DNA of 64,000 nt from Bacteroides sp. CAG:530 (GTDB taxonomy: Bacteria; Bacteroidota; Bacteroidia; Bacteroidales; Bacteroidaceae). The notes under the pieces were generated by a model. That model ran no database searches, had not been told where the DNA came from, and saw nothing but the letters and a program-made list of their open reading frames with translations. The stretch is taken from NCBI GenBank assembly GCA_000434735.1, contig FR881281.1:12777-76776 (forward strand), given 5' to 3'. A program made the position numbers and the translations under genes. The first letter of the stretch is position 1. Each line of letters opens with the position of its first letter. This document shows, in pieces, positions 29,493 through 40,900 of the stretch.

Positions 29493-30692
29493 ATGAAAGT
29501 ATTAGTACTCAACTGTGGTAGCTCTTCTATTAAGTATAAGTTGTTTGAAATGACTACCAAAGAAGTCCTCGCACAGGGAGGCATTGAAAAAATCGGTTTG
29601 CCAGGTTCATTCTTGAAACTTACTTTGCCTAGCGGCGAAAAGAAAATCATCGAAAAGGACGTTCCTGAACATACTACTGGTGTACAGTTCATCTTCGATA
29701 CACTGACAAACGCTGAATACGGAGCTGTAAAAGACTTGCACGAAATCAAAGCAGTAGGTCATCGTGTATTGCACGGAGGTACAAAGTTCAGCGGTTCTGT
29801 ATTGATTGATGACGCTGTTATCGCTGCTGTAGAAGAATGCTGCGACCTCGGCCCGCTTCACAACCCAGCAAACTTGAAGGGTATCTATGCAGTACAGAAA
29901 TTGATGCCTGAAGTTCCTCAGATTGCCGTATTCGATACTGCATTCCACCAGACAATGCCCGACTATGCATACTTGTATGCTATTCCTTATAAGTATTTCG
30001 AAAAATACGGTATCCGTCGCTATGGTTTCCACGGAACATCACATCGCTACGTTTCAAAACGTGTATGCGAATTCTTGAACATCCCGCAAGAAGGCTCACG
30101 CATCATTACTTGCCACATCGGTAACGGTGGTTCTATCGCTGCTGTTAAAGACGGTAAGTGTGTAGACACAACAATGGGTCTTACTCCGCTGGAAGGTTTG
30201 ATGATGGGTACTCGTTCTGGTGATATCGATGGCGGTGCTATCACATACATCATGAAGAAAGAAGGCTTGACTCCCGACGAAATGTCTACTCTACTCAACA
30301 AGAAGAGCGGTGTTTTGGGTATGTTCGAGAAATCAAGCGATATGCGCGAATTGGAAGACGCTGTACAAAAAGGCGAAGAACGCGCTATCCTTACTGAAAA
30401 GATGTACTTCTATCGCATCACTAAATACATCGGCGCTTATGCTGCCGCTATGGGAGGCGTAGACGTTATCTTGTTCACTGGTGGTGTTGGCGAAAACCAG
30501 GCAAGCGCACGTGCAGGTGTATGCAAGACTTTGGAATTCATGGGTGTTAAGATCGACGCTGAAAAGAACAAAGTACGTGGCGAAGAAGCTATCATCTCTA
30601 CAGACGACTCTAAGGTTAAGGTTGTAGTTATACCTACCGACGAGGAATTGATGATTGCATCAGACACTATGGATATATTAAACTCTATTTAA
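29493..30692 (+). CDS. ackA: acetate kinase
   Basis: 399 aa; MKVLVLNCGSSSIKYKLF N-terminus and acetokinase signature motifs. Confidence 0.95.
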   Translation: MKVLVLNCGSSSIKYKLFEMTTKEVLAQGGIEKIGLPGSFLKLTLPSGEKKIIEKDVPEHTTGVQFIFDTLTNAEYGAVKDLHEIKAVGHRVLHGGTKFSGSVLIDDAVIAAVEECCDLGPLHNPANLKGIYAVQKLMPEVPQIAVFDTAFHQTMPDYAYLYAIPYKYFEKYGIRRYGFHGTSHRYVSKRVCEFLNIPQEGSRIITCHIGNGGSIAAVKDGKCVDTTMGLTPLEGLMMGTRSGDIDGGAITYIMKKEGLTPDEMSTLLNKKSGVLGMFEKSSDMRELEDAVQKGEERAILTEKMYFYRITKYIGAYAAAMGGVDVILFTGGVGENQASARAGVCKTLEFMGVKIDAEKNKVRGEEAIISTDDSKVKVVVIPTDEELMIASDTMDILNSI

Positions 30693-30852
30693 GTAATTAA
30701 GTAAATTACTTAAATAGAATAAATAAAGAGGGTATTCCCCGATAGATTTTCTAACTTTGCGACTGAAATATTGCAAAGAATGATATTCTACGGTGAATAT
30801 CCTCTTCTTTTTTTCTCGTATCAACAAGGAATATACATTAAACATACACGCT

Positions 30853-31896
30853 ATGAAAAAGAAAAAAATTGTAACGTTCGGTGAAATAATGCTCCGCCTT
30901 ACTACTCCTGACAACTTGCGTATACAGCAGAGTCACGATTTCTTAGTAAGCTATGGAGGTAGTGAAGCCAACGTGGCCATCTCTATCGCGAACTTTGGTG
31001 GAGACGTGGATTACATCACTCGTCTACCCGACAATGCGTTGGGAGAAACTTGTTTGTCTGAACTCCGTTCGCACAATATCGGTACACAGAATATCCTTAT
31101 CGGAGGTAAACGTCTTGGTACTTATTATATGGAAAAAGCTGCTGCCATGCGTAACTCTAAAGTGATTTACGACCGCGACGGTTCTGCTTTCTCTGAATTA
31201 AAACCGGGCATGATAGATTGGAAAGAAGTATTTAAAGATGCCGATATTTTCCACTGGTCGGGTATCGACGCAGCTCTTACTCCTGGCTTGGCAGATGTAT
31301 GTCATGAGGCTATCGTTGCTGCAAAAGAAATGGGATTGCAGGTTTCGTACGATATCAACTACCGCAAGAACTTGTGGAACTACGGAAAGACTGCTCAGGA
31401 AGTTCTTCGTCCGCTGTCTCAAGAAAGCGATATCATGTTTGGTAGCGAAGGCGAATACGCTATGCTGACAGGCATCCCTGCTCCGGGCTTCAAGGCTACA
31501 CGAAACGGAGAGGCTTACGACTTGAAGGCATACGAGGAATTCTGCAAGGCTATCAGCGCACAGATTCCAAATTGCAAGTACATTTATATAGCATTGCGTA
31601 ACGTGATGAGTTCTGAACATCACACATTTGCCGGTGTATTGTACTCTAACGGAACAATGAAGCATAGCCGTGTGTTCGATATCGACAACGTGATAGACTG
31701 TGTAGGTGTGGGCGACGCTTTCTGCGGAGCCATGCTGTACGCTCAGCGCGCTTTCGAAGACGAGCAGAAGCGAGTTGATTTCTCTACTGCCGCATCGGTA
31801 TTGAAGAATACCATCGCCGGCGACTATAACATGGTTAAGGTAGCAGAAGTTGAAGGACTTCTTGCAAAGAGTGAAAGCGGAGAAGTAGCACGATAA
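30853..31896 (+). CDS. PfkB-family carbohydrate kinase (2-dehydro-3-deoxygluconokinase-like)
   Basis: The start is taken at the internal MKKKKIVTFGEIMLRL. Ribokinase-fold motifs include GGSEANVA and the C-terminal DCVGVGDAFCGAMLYA. The upstream 60 nt of the ORF-track entry is not credible. Confidence 0.8.
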   Translation: MKKKKIVTFGEIMLRLTTPDNLRIQQSHDFLVSYGGSEANVAISIANFGGDVDYITRLPDNALGETCLSELRSHNIGTQNILIGGKRLGTYYMEKAAAMRNSKVIYDRDGSAFSELKPGMIDWKEVFKDADIFHWSGIDAALTPGLADVCHEAIVAAKEMGLQVSYDINYRKNLWNYGKTAQEVLRPLSQESDIMFGSEGEYAMLTGIPAPGFKATRNGEAYDLKAYEEFCKAISAQIPNCKYIYIALRNVMSSEHHTFAGVLYSNGTMKHSRVFDIDNVIDCVGVGDAFCGAMLYAQRAFEDEQKRVDFSTAASVLKNTIAGDYNMVKVAEVEGLLAKSESGEVAR

Positions 31897-31975
31897 AATT
31901 CCTTTCGTAGAAGGAATTGATTCCTCTCGCAAAAGGAACGCATTCCTATCTAAGAAGGAATAACGCCAAATAAGC

Positions 31976-32013
31976 AAACACCCCTTGCCCAAACGCACGG
32001 ACAAGGGGTGTTT
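31976..32013. terminator. bidirectional rho-independent terminator
   Basis: aaacaccccttg ... caaggggtgttt (12-bp GC-rich stem). Confidence 0.7.
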
Positions 32014-32063
32014 ACTATATAATAAATTCTATTATAGGAGAACTTTAATGATGAGAATGAAAA

Positions 32064-32840
32064 TCAACCTACAGAAGTCTCTCCTTCTATATATTGCTCC
32101 ATAAACATATTCTCACCGTCGAATACGGCATACGAGAATTCCGATATCCAATCACCAAGAATCATAATGCGCGAGCTACGGCTCAGCATCAAATCGAGCA
32201 TGATATGACGATGACCGAATAGGAAATAGTTGATATCGGGATGGGTCTTCAGATAGTCTTTTGCAAACAGAACAAGCGGTTCTTTATCCTCTCCCATGTA
32301 TTCCGGTTCTTTTCCATCCTTACGCTTTAAACGGCTATGCTTCGCCCATTCTAGTCCGAAATCAACGCTCCAACGCGGATGAAGGTTAGAAAAAAGAAAC
32401 TGAAGTGTCTTACTGCGAAACATGGCACGCAATAATTTAAATTTCCAGTCACCGTCGCCCAATCCGTCGCCATGAGCCAAAAAGAACTCCTTGCCATATA
32501 TTTCACAAGTCAAAGGCTGACGATGGATGGTTACTCCGCATTCTTTTTCCAGATAGTCGCCACACCATATATCATGATTGCCTATAAAGAAATGAACCTC
32601 AACACCTAAATCGGTCAGTTCTGATATCTTTCCGAGGAAGCGAGTATATCCTTTAGGTACAACCATACGAAATTCATACCAAAAGTCGAACATATCGCCC
32701 AAAAGGTATACGGCAGCGGCTTTATGCTTTATGCTGTCGAGGAAATTAACCAACCTACGTTCTTGTGTACGTCCGTGGGCTATTGCTCGCGAACCTAAAT
32801 GTGCGTCCGACAGAAAATAAACATTCTTCATTTCTTCCAT
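32064..32840 (-). CDS. lpxH: UDP-2,3-diacylglucosamine diphosphatase (LpxH-like calcineurin-type metallophosphoesterase)
   Basis: 258 aa, motifs FLSDAHLG, YLLGDMFDFW, GNHD. Confidence 0.7.
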   Translation of the reverse strand: MEEMKNVYFLSDAHLGSRAIAHGRTQERRLVNFLDSIKHKAAAVYLLGDMFDFWYEFRMVVPKGYTRFLGKISELTDLGVEVHFFIGNHDIWCGDYLEKECGVTIHRQPLTCEIYGKEFFLAHGDGLGDGDWKFKLLRAMFRSKTLQFLFSNLHPRWSVDFGLEWAKHSRLKRKDGKEPEYMGEDKEPLVLFAKDYLKTHPDINYFLFGHRHIMLDLMLSRSSRIMILGDWISEFSYAVFDGENMFMEQYIEGETSVG

Positions 32841-32874
32841 AAGGCACCTATTTAAATATGAGTCAAACTATGGG

Positions 32875-33195
32875 TTAGAGGAAGCCCAATTCTAATTTCG
32901 CCTCTTCGGTCATCATGTCTTTATCCCACTCTGGTTCGAAAACCAAGTTGATTTGGGCAGACGTGATTCCGTCTACCGACTCTATCTTCTGGCGGATATC
33001 CTCCATGATAAAGTCGGCTGCTGGACAGTTGGGAGCGGTCAATGTCATATCTATCACCACTTCTCCGCTGTCTTGCAAGTCTATTTTATAAATAAGCCCT
33101 AAATCGTATACGTTTACCGGAATCTCGGGGTCGTATACAGTCTTGAGCATATCTACTATCTTTTCTTCTATTTTCAGTTTAGTATCATTATCCAT
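32875..33195 (-). CDS. Fe-S cluster assembly DUF59 (MIP18/SufT-like) protein
   Basis: 106 aa; the conserved Cys-Pro motif (TAPNCPA) is characteristic of the DUF59 family. Confidence 0.7.
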   Translation of the reverse strand: MDNDTKLKIEEKIVDMLKTVYDPEIPVNVYDLGLIYKIDLQDSGEVVIDMTLTAPNCPAADFIMEDIRQKIESVDGITSAQINLVFEPEWDKDMMTEEAKLELGFL

Positions 33196-33253
33196 AAATG
33201 TTCTTTTTAATTTTCTTATTATTCATCATTTCATTCGGCCTATTCCGCAAAGG

Positions 33254-33898
33254 TTATTTTGCTGCTTCGAAACGGCCTTCGCCTGTCCATATATATTTCA
33301 GAGACTCCGCGTTCAAAAACGGTTTCAGTTTCTCTGCGGTTTCTTTGTCTAAATAGTCGGGAGTAGTATAACTATATAATAAGGTGTTATCTTTTTCTGA
33401 AAGTTTGGCTACGAAAAGATACATATCGGCTTGCTTACGTAGGTTATAATATATTTCCTGGTCGGCCTCAGCAACCGGAGCTTTATAAAAAGCGTCTTCT
33501 TTAGGCAGAGTAAGATAAGAACTCAGCGGCAACTCCTCCCACTGTGTGCTGTAGAAGCGGATACTACTGTCTGCAGCCGGTCCTTTATAAGTATGAACCA
33601 CACAAACCACCTTTACAGAATCGGTTACCGGAAGCAATTTCATCTGCACCTCACTGCTTTCGCTCATCTTCAAGTCCAAGTAGTCGGCTGTAAGCTTTAG
33701 CATCTCGGAATTCTTACCCAAACGGTTCTTTACTTCCGCCTTCATGTTGCTTGCCAAGAAATCGCCGAAGTCTTCTTTATTCACTTTCGTCAAAAGCGGC
33801 GCCAACGAGTCGGGCATGGCTATAAACAATGATTTCATATCTTGCGCCTGCAGCGAGCAAGTGCATATCATGAGTATCAAAAGCAATATCTTTTTCAT
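33254..33898 (-). CDS. secreted hypothetical protein (DUF3256-like)
   Basis: 214 aa, N-terminal signal peptide, no catalytic motifs recognised. Confidence 0.5.
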   Translation of the reverse strand: MKKILLLILMICTCSLQAQDMKSLFIAMPDSLAPLLTKVNKEDFGDFLASNMKAEVKNRLGKNSEMLKLTADYLDLKMSESSEVQMKLLPVTDSVKVVCVVHTYKGPAADSSIRFYSTQWEELPLSSYLTLPKEDAFYKAPVAEADQEIYYNLRKQADMYLFVAKLSEKDNTLLYSYTTPDYLDKETAEKLKPFLNAESLKYIWTGEGRFEAAK

Positions 33899-34001
33899 CA
33901 GTATAACCCTTATAAATTCATAGAATGAACATACATCACCTTTCGAGGAATAAACAGAGTTTTCAACAGGTGTTAATAACTCCGTTCATTGTTCAATATC
34001 A

Positions 34002-34844
34002 TCACAGCAGCAGGCTGCCTTCTTCCTTGCGTTTGCGGCAAGTCGCAATTAGGTAAAGTCCGAGCAAAATCAACGGTAAGCTCAACTTCTGACCGATATT
34101 AAGCGACATATTCATTTCTTCTGCCACCTGCGGATTCTTCATAAACTCAAGTCCGAAACGTGCGCCGAAGAATATAAGAAGCGAAACGCCTGTTATCAAC
34201 CCCACGTATTTCTGCAGATGGAATTTATGATACATCACCCACGATACCACTAAAGCCGCCAAGCAATATAGCATCTCATATATCTGCGTAGGATGACAAG
34301 CCTGAGCTACCCCACCCTGATTATAAAGTTCTTGCCATTCGCGAGAACGAACAAATTCAAATCCCCACGGCATAGTGGTAGGATAACCGAAGATTTCAGA
34401 ATTCATCAGATTACCGAAGCGGATACACATACACACTACGGCAACAGCCGGAATCATACGGTCGAACAGCCACCATACGTTCTTACCTGTTACTTTCTTG
34501 CTATACCATATAAGAGAAAGTATCAAGCAGAATACTCCGCCGTGACTGGCCAAACCGCCTTTCCATATCTTCAGTATTTCTATAGGATGCGCTCCGTAAT
34601 AATCCCATTCATAAAATAAGCAATGGCCTAAACGTGCTCCAAGCACACAGCTCACAATGCAATATACAAACAACTTGTCAGTCCACGATTCGGGATAATT
34701 CTCCTTGCGGAACAAACGCGACACCATTTCGTAAGCTAAGATAAAACCTATACCCCACATCAATCCGTACCAGCGGATTTCGAGAGGACCTAAATGAAGT
34801 AGCACGGGATCTACATTCCACACTATACTTGCCAATGAAGTCAT
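34002..34844 (-). CDS. lgt: prolipoprotein diacylglyceryl transferase
   Basis: 280 aa, Lgt signature (HLGPLEIRWYGLMWGIGF, GARLGHCLFYEW). Confidence 0.85.
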   Translation of the reverse strand: MTSLASIVWNVDPVLLHLGPLEIRWYGLMWGIGFILAYEMVSRLFRKENYPESWTDKLFVYCIVSCVLGARLGHCLFYEWDYYGAHPIEILKIWKGGLASHGGVFCLILSLIWYSKKVTGKNVWWLFDRMIPAVAVVCMCIRFGNLMNSEIFGYPTTMPWGFEFVRSREWQELYNQGGVAQACHPTQIYEMLYCLAALVVSWVMYHKFHLQKYVGLITGVSLLIFFGARFGLEFMKNPQVAEEMNMSLNIGQKLSLPLILLGLYLIATCRKRKEEGSLLL

Positions 34845-34943
34845 ATTATTCTTTATTTAAATACTTGTTTCTATTTACTTTCCGCAAAGGAACAAAAAAA
34901 AGATGAAAGTAGAGGTAGACTAACGGCTAAATTAAAGAATAAC

Positions 34944-34994
34944 AAAGCCGGCAGAAGAGCGACCTTTATTCTACAGTCGCTTTCTGCCGGCTTT
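34944..34994 (-). terminator. rho-independent terminator downstream of ddh
   Basis: aaagccggcagaa ... ttctgccggcttt, a perfect 13-bp stem, with a T-run on the minus strand. Confidence 0.7.
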
Positions 34995-35016
34995 ATGCCA
35001 TTTAGCCTATATATTT

Positions 35017-35916
35017 TTACACTAGATGTGCAATCCACTCATCACGATCGCCCGGAAGCAAATCTACTACCGGTATTTCAATCATAGTATAGCATCCCGG
35101 CTGCTGACGCATAGCGGCACGAGCCACGCATACCAATACCTGAGATGTAAGTGCAGGATTGTTAATCTTCATATCAAATTCGAACAATTGGTTATGAGTC
35201 TTTCCAGATACACCTTTACGCACCAAGTTTACTCCGTGACCTACATCGTTCAAATCGTCTACGCACGCTACCTGTTTTACGTGAGTCTCATCGTTTACGA
35301 AATAAGGATCGGCTTTGATAGTAGCTTCTACAGTCTTGAAATCGGCACCTTCTTCCAGTTCAACATACACCATACGGCGATGGATACCTGTTCCTACAGG
35401 AATAGTCATAGACAAAGCGTCTTTCACACCATCTATGGCACGCACAGCAACAGAGTGTCCCATGCTACGTCCCGGACCGAAGTTGGTATAAGTAATACCC
35501 TTAGGAGCGATAGCTTCCATCAGCGTACGCACTACAGAGTCGCTTCCCGGATCCCATCCGGCAGAAATAACCGATACGGTATTGTTAGCCTTAGCCACCT
35601 CGTTTAGTGATGCACGAAGCTGAGGTATCTGCGTATGAATATCGAAACTATCAACTGTATTAATGCCCAAAGCCAATATTTCCTTCGCATATTTTTCTAC
35701 GCTACGTGTAGGAGTAGCAAGAATAGCTACATCTACATCCTTCAGTTCCTTAATATCTTTTACTACCGGATAATCTTTCAACTCTTCGGGCTTGTTTTCG
35801 GCACCATTACGGCGCACTACACCAGCAATCTCGAAATCGGGAGCGGCTTCGAGAGCTTCTATCGCAAACTTTCCGATATTGCCGTAACCTACTACGGCGG
35901 CTCTTATCTTTTTCAT
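35017..35916 (-). CDS. ddh: meso-diaminopimelate D-dehydrogenase
   Basis: 299 aa, Rossmann GYGNIG N-terminus; overall match to the Bacteroidetes Ddh family. Confidence 0.8.
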   Translation of the reverse strand: MKKIRAAVVGYGNIGKFAIEALEAAPDFEIAGVVRRNGAENKPEELKDYPVVKDIKELKDVDVAILATPTRSVEKYAKEILALGINTVDSFDIHTQIPQLRASLNEVAKANNTVSVISAGWDPGSDSVVRTLMEAIAPKGITYTNFGPGRSMGHSVAVRAIDGVKDALSMTIPVGTGIHRRMVYVELEEGADFKTVEATIKADPYFVNDETHVKQVACVDDLNDVGHGVNLVRKGVSGKTHNQLFEFDMKINNPALTSQVLVCVARAAMRQQPGCYTMIEIPVVDLLPGDRDEWIAHLV

Positions 35917-36088
35917 ATCTGCTTGATGATTTAATTATATTATTCTTTGTTTGGACGCAAAAATACAGAAGTAATCGCTCCCTCACAAACAAGGCGAAAG
36001 CTATTTTACATTTATTCGGCTTCAACTTACAATTTATTACTTTCTTATCCGTATTTTTGTAGAAAAATAACAATTTATAAAGAAACAC

Positions 36089-36688
36089 ATGATTGAATAT
36101 ATAAAAGGAAAACTTGACGAGGCGACTCCGGCTTTGGCTGTAGTAGACTGTAATGGCGTGGGATATGGAATAAATATATCTTTAAATACATATTCTGCCA
36201 TACAGGGAAAGAAAGATATAAAGCTATACATCTACGAAGCTATACGCGAAGACGCATACGTGCTTTATGGCTTCGCTACCAAAGAAGAGCGCGAATTGTT
36301 CTTGCTGCTTATTAGCGTATCGGGCATAGGCGGCAACACGGCTCGCATGATTCTGTCGGCTCTCTCGCCTTCTGAACTTTGCAACGTAATCAGCTCGGGC
36401 AACGAAAAGCTGCTGAAGACGGTGAAAGGTATCGGATTGCGCACAGCCCAACGTATAATTGTAGATTTGAAAGATAAGATTGCTACCGTAAATATGCCTG
36501 TTGCCGGTGGCATGGGAACAAGCGCTATAGCTGCGGCCAACTCTGAAATCTACGAAGAAGCTGTAGCCGCCCTCACCATGCTGGGATTCGCTGCCGCACC
36601 ATCGCAAAAGGTTACAAACGCCATTCTTCAGGAAGAGCCTGACGCTCCGGTAGAACGAGTAATAAAATTGGCGCTTAAAAGACTATAA
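36089..36688 (+). CDS. ruvA: Holliday junction branch migration protein RuvA
   Basis: 199 aa, the RuvA HhH motifs LISVSGIG and [13 protein letters not shown] candidate -7 element, tatttttg, lies 30 nt upstream. Confidence 0.9.
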   Translation: MIEYIKGKLDEATPALAVVDCNGVGYGINISLNTYSAIQGKKDIKLYIYEAIREDAYVLYGFATKEERELFLLLISVSGIGGNTARMILSALSPSELCNVISSGNEKLLKTVKGIGLRTAQRIIVDLKDKIATVNMPVAGGMGTSAIAAANSEIYEEAVAALTMLGFAAAPSQKVTNAILQEEPDAPVERVIKLALKRL

Positions 36689-36923
36689 CAAAAATGCGCT
36701 TATTGCGGTACGCCACCTTAACGTGCCGCAATATACCCGAAAAACACCTTCACCCCACTATCAGCCGATACTAACTCTTGTTTTTTTAGAACAACGATTG
36801 TTTAGACATATATAAGAACTGTTCAAATTAACACGCTTTAACAAAGCTACTTTTCCTATCTATTTATTAATATCCTATATTTGTTGGATAAAAATTATAA
36901 AACCTTTAACAAATAGAAAAACA

Positions 36924-37148
36924 ATGATTACAAATTTCTTAATATTAGGAATCGGAACTCAAGAACTATTAATCATCTGTGTTATCGTATTATTGCTGTT
37001 CGGCGGTAAGAAAATACCCGAACTGATGAAAGGACTTGGCAAAGGCGTAAAGAGCTTTAAAGATGGTATGAATGACGTAGAAAATACGCTGAAAGACAAC
37101 GACACCGCCAACAATAAAGCCGATAAATCTATCGAAAACAAGAAATGA
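36924..37148 (+). CDS. tatA: twin-arginine translocase subunit TatA/E
   Basis: 74 aa with a single N-terminal TM helix, the hinge motif [16 protein letters not shown] and an amphipathic tail. Confidence 0.8.
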   Translation: MITNFLILGIGTQELLIICVIVLLLFGGKKIPELMKGLGKGVKSFKDGMNDVENTLKDNDTANNKADKSIENKK

Positions 37149-37158
37149 ATCATAGCCT

Positions 37159-37980
37159 GTGAAGCAAGATAAAGAACCAGCCGAGCTAACCTTTTGGGAC
37201 CATTTAGACGAACTGCGCGGCACGTTATTCCGCATAGTAATAGTAGTCGTAGGGTGTATGCTTTTGGCTTTTTGTTTCAAAGACGAACTGTTCGGCATTG
37301 TTTTGGCTCCTAAACATGCCGATTTTTATATCTATCGATTGTTTGATTATATAGGCAGACTTTTTGGCATTTCGGATTTAGAGGCAGAAAACTTTAACGT
37401 GCATCTTATAAACACGCAATTATCCGGACAGTTTATGATGCACATGAGCGTGTCTTTTTACGCCGGAATCATATTAGCGTCTCCTTATATAATATACCAA
37501 CTGTTTAGGTTCGTATCGCCGGCTTTATACGAGAATGAGCGAAAATACTCTTTGCGTGTTGTAACGTGGGGATATTTGCTGTTCATCTTGGGAGTACTAT
37601 TTTGCTACTTCATCGTATTTCCGTTTACGTTCCGCTTCTTGGCGTTGTATCAAGTAAGTTCGGAGGTAGAGAACACCATTCAGCTTGCTTCGTACCTTGA
37701 TACACTAACCATGCTTAGCCTAATGATGGGCATTTTATTCGAAATACCGATATTGTCGTGGCTGTTTGCCAAATTAGGTTTTCTTACAGCTAAGTTCATG
37801 ACAACCTATCGCAAGCACGCCTTAGTCATATCAATGATTGCGGCGGCCATCATCACTCCTACTAGCGATGCGTTCACGATGCTATTGGTTACATTACCGA
37901 TTACAGCCCTTTACGAAGCAAGTATTATCATAGTAAGACATACTAACCCGCAAAAGAAGTTGTCCGAAGATAAAGAATAA
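37159..37980 (+). CDS. tatC: twin-arginine translocase subunit TatC (GTG start)
   Basis: 273 aa, 6 TM, TatC-like; starts 11 nt after tatA. Confidence 0.85.
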   Translation: MKQDKEPAELTFWDHLDELRGTLFRIVIVVVGCMLLAFCFKDELFGIVLAPKHADFYIYRLFDYIGRLFGISDLEAENFNVHLINTQLSGQFMMHMSVSFYAGIILASPYIIYQLFRFVSPALYENERKYSLRVVTWGYLLFILGVLFCYFIVFPFTFRFLALYQVSSEVENTIQLASYLDTLTMLSLMMGILFEIPILSWLFAKLGFLTAKFMTTYRKHALVISMIAAAIITPTSDAFTMLLVTLPITALYEASIIIVRHTNPQKKLSEDKE

Positions 37981-37984
37981 ATTT

Positions 37985-40900
37985 ATGAAAAACCGTATCT
38001 ATACCATCGTATTACTGACCTTGTGCTTTTGCCTTAATATAACAATGGCACAAGGTGCTGGTCATTCTAAAGATAACCTGCATTTTTCTCATATCTCTAT
38101 CAATAACGGGTTGTCGCAGAACACTATATTCGCCATCGCGCAAGATGCCAAAGGCTATATGTGGTTTGCTACGCACAATGGGGTCAACAAATACGATGGA
38201 TACGATTTTACTATCTATCAGAATAATCCGCAAGATTCTACCACCATAGCAAACGATATTATCCGCACGTTGGTGACCGACGACAAAGGACGCGTATGGA
38301 TAGGAACCGAAAGCGGTTTATCGTATTACAACGAAGAAAGAGACATCTTTGAGAATTTCTACTTAAAGAATAGCAAAACAGCTACGGTTTCAAGCATAGT
38401 CACGCTGTCCGACTCGCAACTATTGGTCAACGCCGAGGGACAACTTTACAGTTTCGACGCTAAGAGCAAGGCATTCTCACAACAGACATTGCCTACCGAC
38501 CTGCTGCAACTCAACGTAACCGCCCTTTACCGTACCGCACAAAGCATATATATAGGTACTGCCGAAAACGGAGTTTTCGTGTGGGATTATAAGGGCAAGC
38601 GCATTCAGCGTTTAAGCCTCAGCATAAGACACCGCATACAAGCACTTTTGCTGCAAAATCCAAGCACGCTATGGATTGCGACTGAGGGAGAAGGCTTATA
38701 CCGACTCAACCCACAAACCGGAGAGCAGAAACATTATGTACATTCGTACAATGAAGGCGATATCAGCTCAAACTTTATTCGTGCCTTATCAGTTGATACA
38801 AAAGGTTATTTATGGATAGGTACTTTCAATGACCTTAACGTGTATCATGAAAGTAGCGATAAGTTCACTGCCTACACACATAACCCCATCGACCCAGAAA
38901 GTTTGAGTCAGCGTTCGGTGCGCTGCATCTACAAGGATTCGCAGGGAGGTATGTGGCTCGGCACGTACTTTGGCGGTATTAACTATTATCACCCGCTAAA
39001 GAACCGCTTCCGAAATATACAGCGACTAACATATAAGAAGCAACTGAACGACAATGTGGTAAGTTGCATAGTAGAAGATAGTAAGCACAACTTATATATA
39101 GGTACCAACGATGGCGGCGTAAACTACTACGACCCGCATACCGATGAGGTTACTTACTATACTTTCAACAACAAACAAAGTCCCGTAGTAGAATCTAACA
39201 ACGTGAAATGTATCTCTATCGACGAGAAAAGGAACGTAGTGTACGTAGGTACCCACGCTGGAGGAATAAAGATAATACACCGTGCCGGAGGCAACATAGA
39301 ACATTGCTATAGCGAGAATAATCCATCGGCAACACAGAACATTTATTCACTGCTGCCGTATAAGGATAACATGCTATGGGCAGGAACATTAAACGGACTG
39401 TACCTGTTCAATAAAGACAGCAAAACATTTACGGCTGTAGATAAAGATGTTAACGGCAATGAGATTCCAGACGAACAGATTAACATCTTATTCCAGGATT
39501 CAAAGCGAAGACTTTGGATTGGAGGTAAAAACAGTCTGACTGTATATAAGATAACAGACAACGGACTGAAAGCCATAAAGATTTCTATCGACGGCTTCAA
39601 CAACATTGTAGCGGTACAAGACATTCACGAAGATGAAGAACATTGTCTATGGTTCTGTACGCAATGGGGACTTTACAAGCTGGATAGAGAAAAGCACGTT
39701 ATCACTCATTACACCACCAAAAACGGACTGCCCAACAATGTGATATACGGCATAGAAGAAGACTCTTACCATCATCTTTGGCTCAATACCAACCACGGAT
39801 TGAGTTGCCTCAACCCATCGAACGGACAATTCAGAAACTTCTCCGTAAACGACGGACTGCAGAGTAACCAGTTTAATCCGCACTCGCACTGCCGCACTGC
39901 CGACGGAAGCTTATACTTCGGAGGCATAAACGGAATTTCAACATTCCGTCCAGAACTGCTTACGTTCAACCCATTTACGCCAAAGCCGTTCTTTACTAAA
40001 TTCTACCTATATAATAAGGAGGTACATCCGGGCGACGAAAGCGGAATACTTAGCAAGAACATTTCAGATACTGATTTCAGATACTGAAAAGATTGTCTTG
40101 AAGCCGTCGCAACGCGCCTTTACACTGGAGTTTGTAGTAACCAACTTCATATCCGGACAGCATAACACGTTCTCTTATCAGCTGGAAGGTTATGACAAGG
40201 AATGGTATTACCTTAAAGGACATCAGCGAAGCGTATCGTACTCTAACCTGCCCGCAGGAACGTACCGTTTCCTAGTGAAAGCTGCCAATAACGACGGACA
40301 TTGGAGCAGCGAACCCGCCATGCTTACCATCAAGGTGCTGCCCGTATGGTATGCTACTTGGTGGGCGATACTGTTATTCGTTATCATAACGGTAGCGTTG
40401 ATGGCTATTATATTACGTTATTTCTGGGAACGGAAGTCGATGGAAGCACGCCTGAAACTTGAACAGAAAGAGAAATTGCACCAAGAAGAGATAGCACAGA
40501 TGAAGATGCGTTTCTTCATCAACATTTCGCATGAGTTGCGTACTCCGCTTACTCTTATCTTGGCGCCGATACAAGATATGCTGGCTAAAACTACCGATAA
40601 ATGGATGAAAGAGCAGTTGAACTACGTAAACCGTAACGCCAATCGCTTGCTCAACCTTGTAAATCAGTTAATGGACTACAGAAGAGCTGAGCTGGGAGTG
40701 TTTAAGCTAAAGGTAGAGCATACATGTATATATAAGACAGTAAAAGAAAACTTCATGTTCTACGAAAAGTTGGCTCGTACCAAGAACTTGGAGTATACGT
40801 TAATTTCAGATATAGAAGATAAGGAATGCTATGCCGACCCTAAATACGTAGAGCTTATACTGAACAACTTGCTGTCTAACGCCTTTAAATATACCGAAAA

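Noticed and set aside
30793-30852. Upstream extension of the PfkB kinase ORF (MNILFFFSRINKEYTLNIHA)
   Set aside because: Not conserved-looking. The internal MKKKKIVTFGEIMLRL matches kinase N-termini.
31198-32004. 268-aa minus-strand ORF
   Set aside because: Antisense to the PfkB kinase gene and running through its terminator; Cys/Ser-rich nonsense composition.
35026-35934. Plus-strand ORFs 35026..35607 and 35635..35934
   Set aside because: Antisense to ddh.
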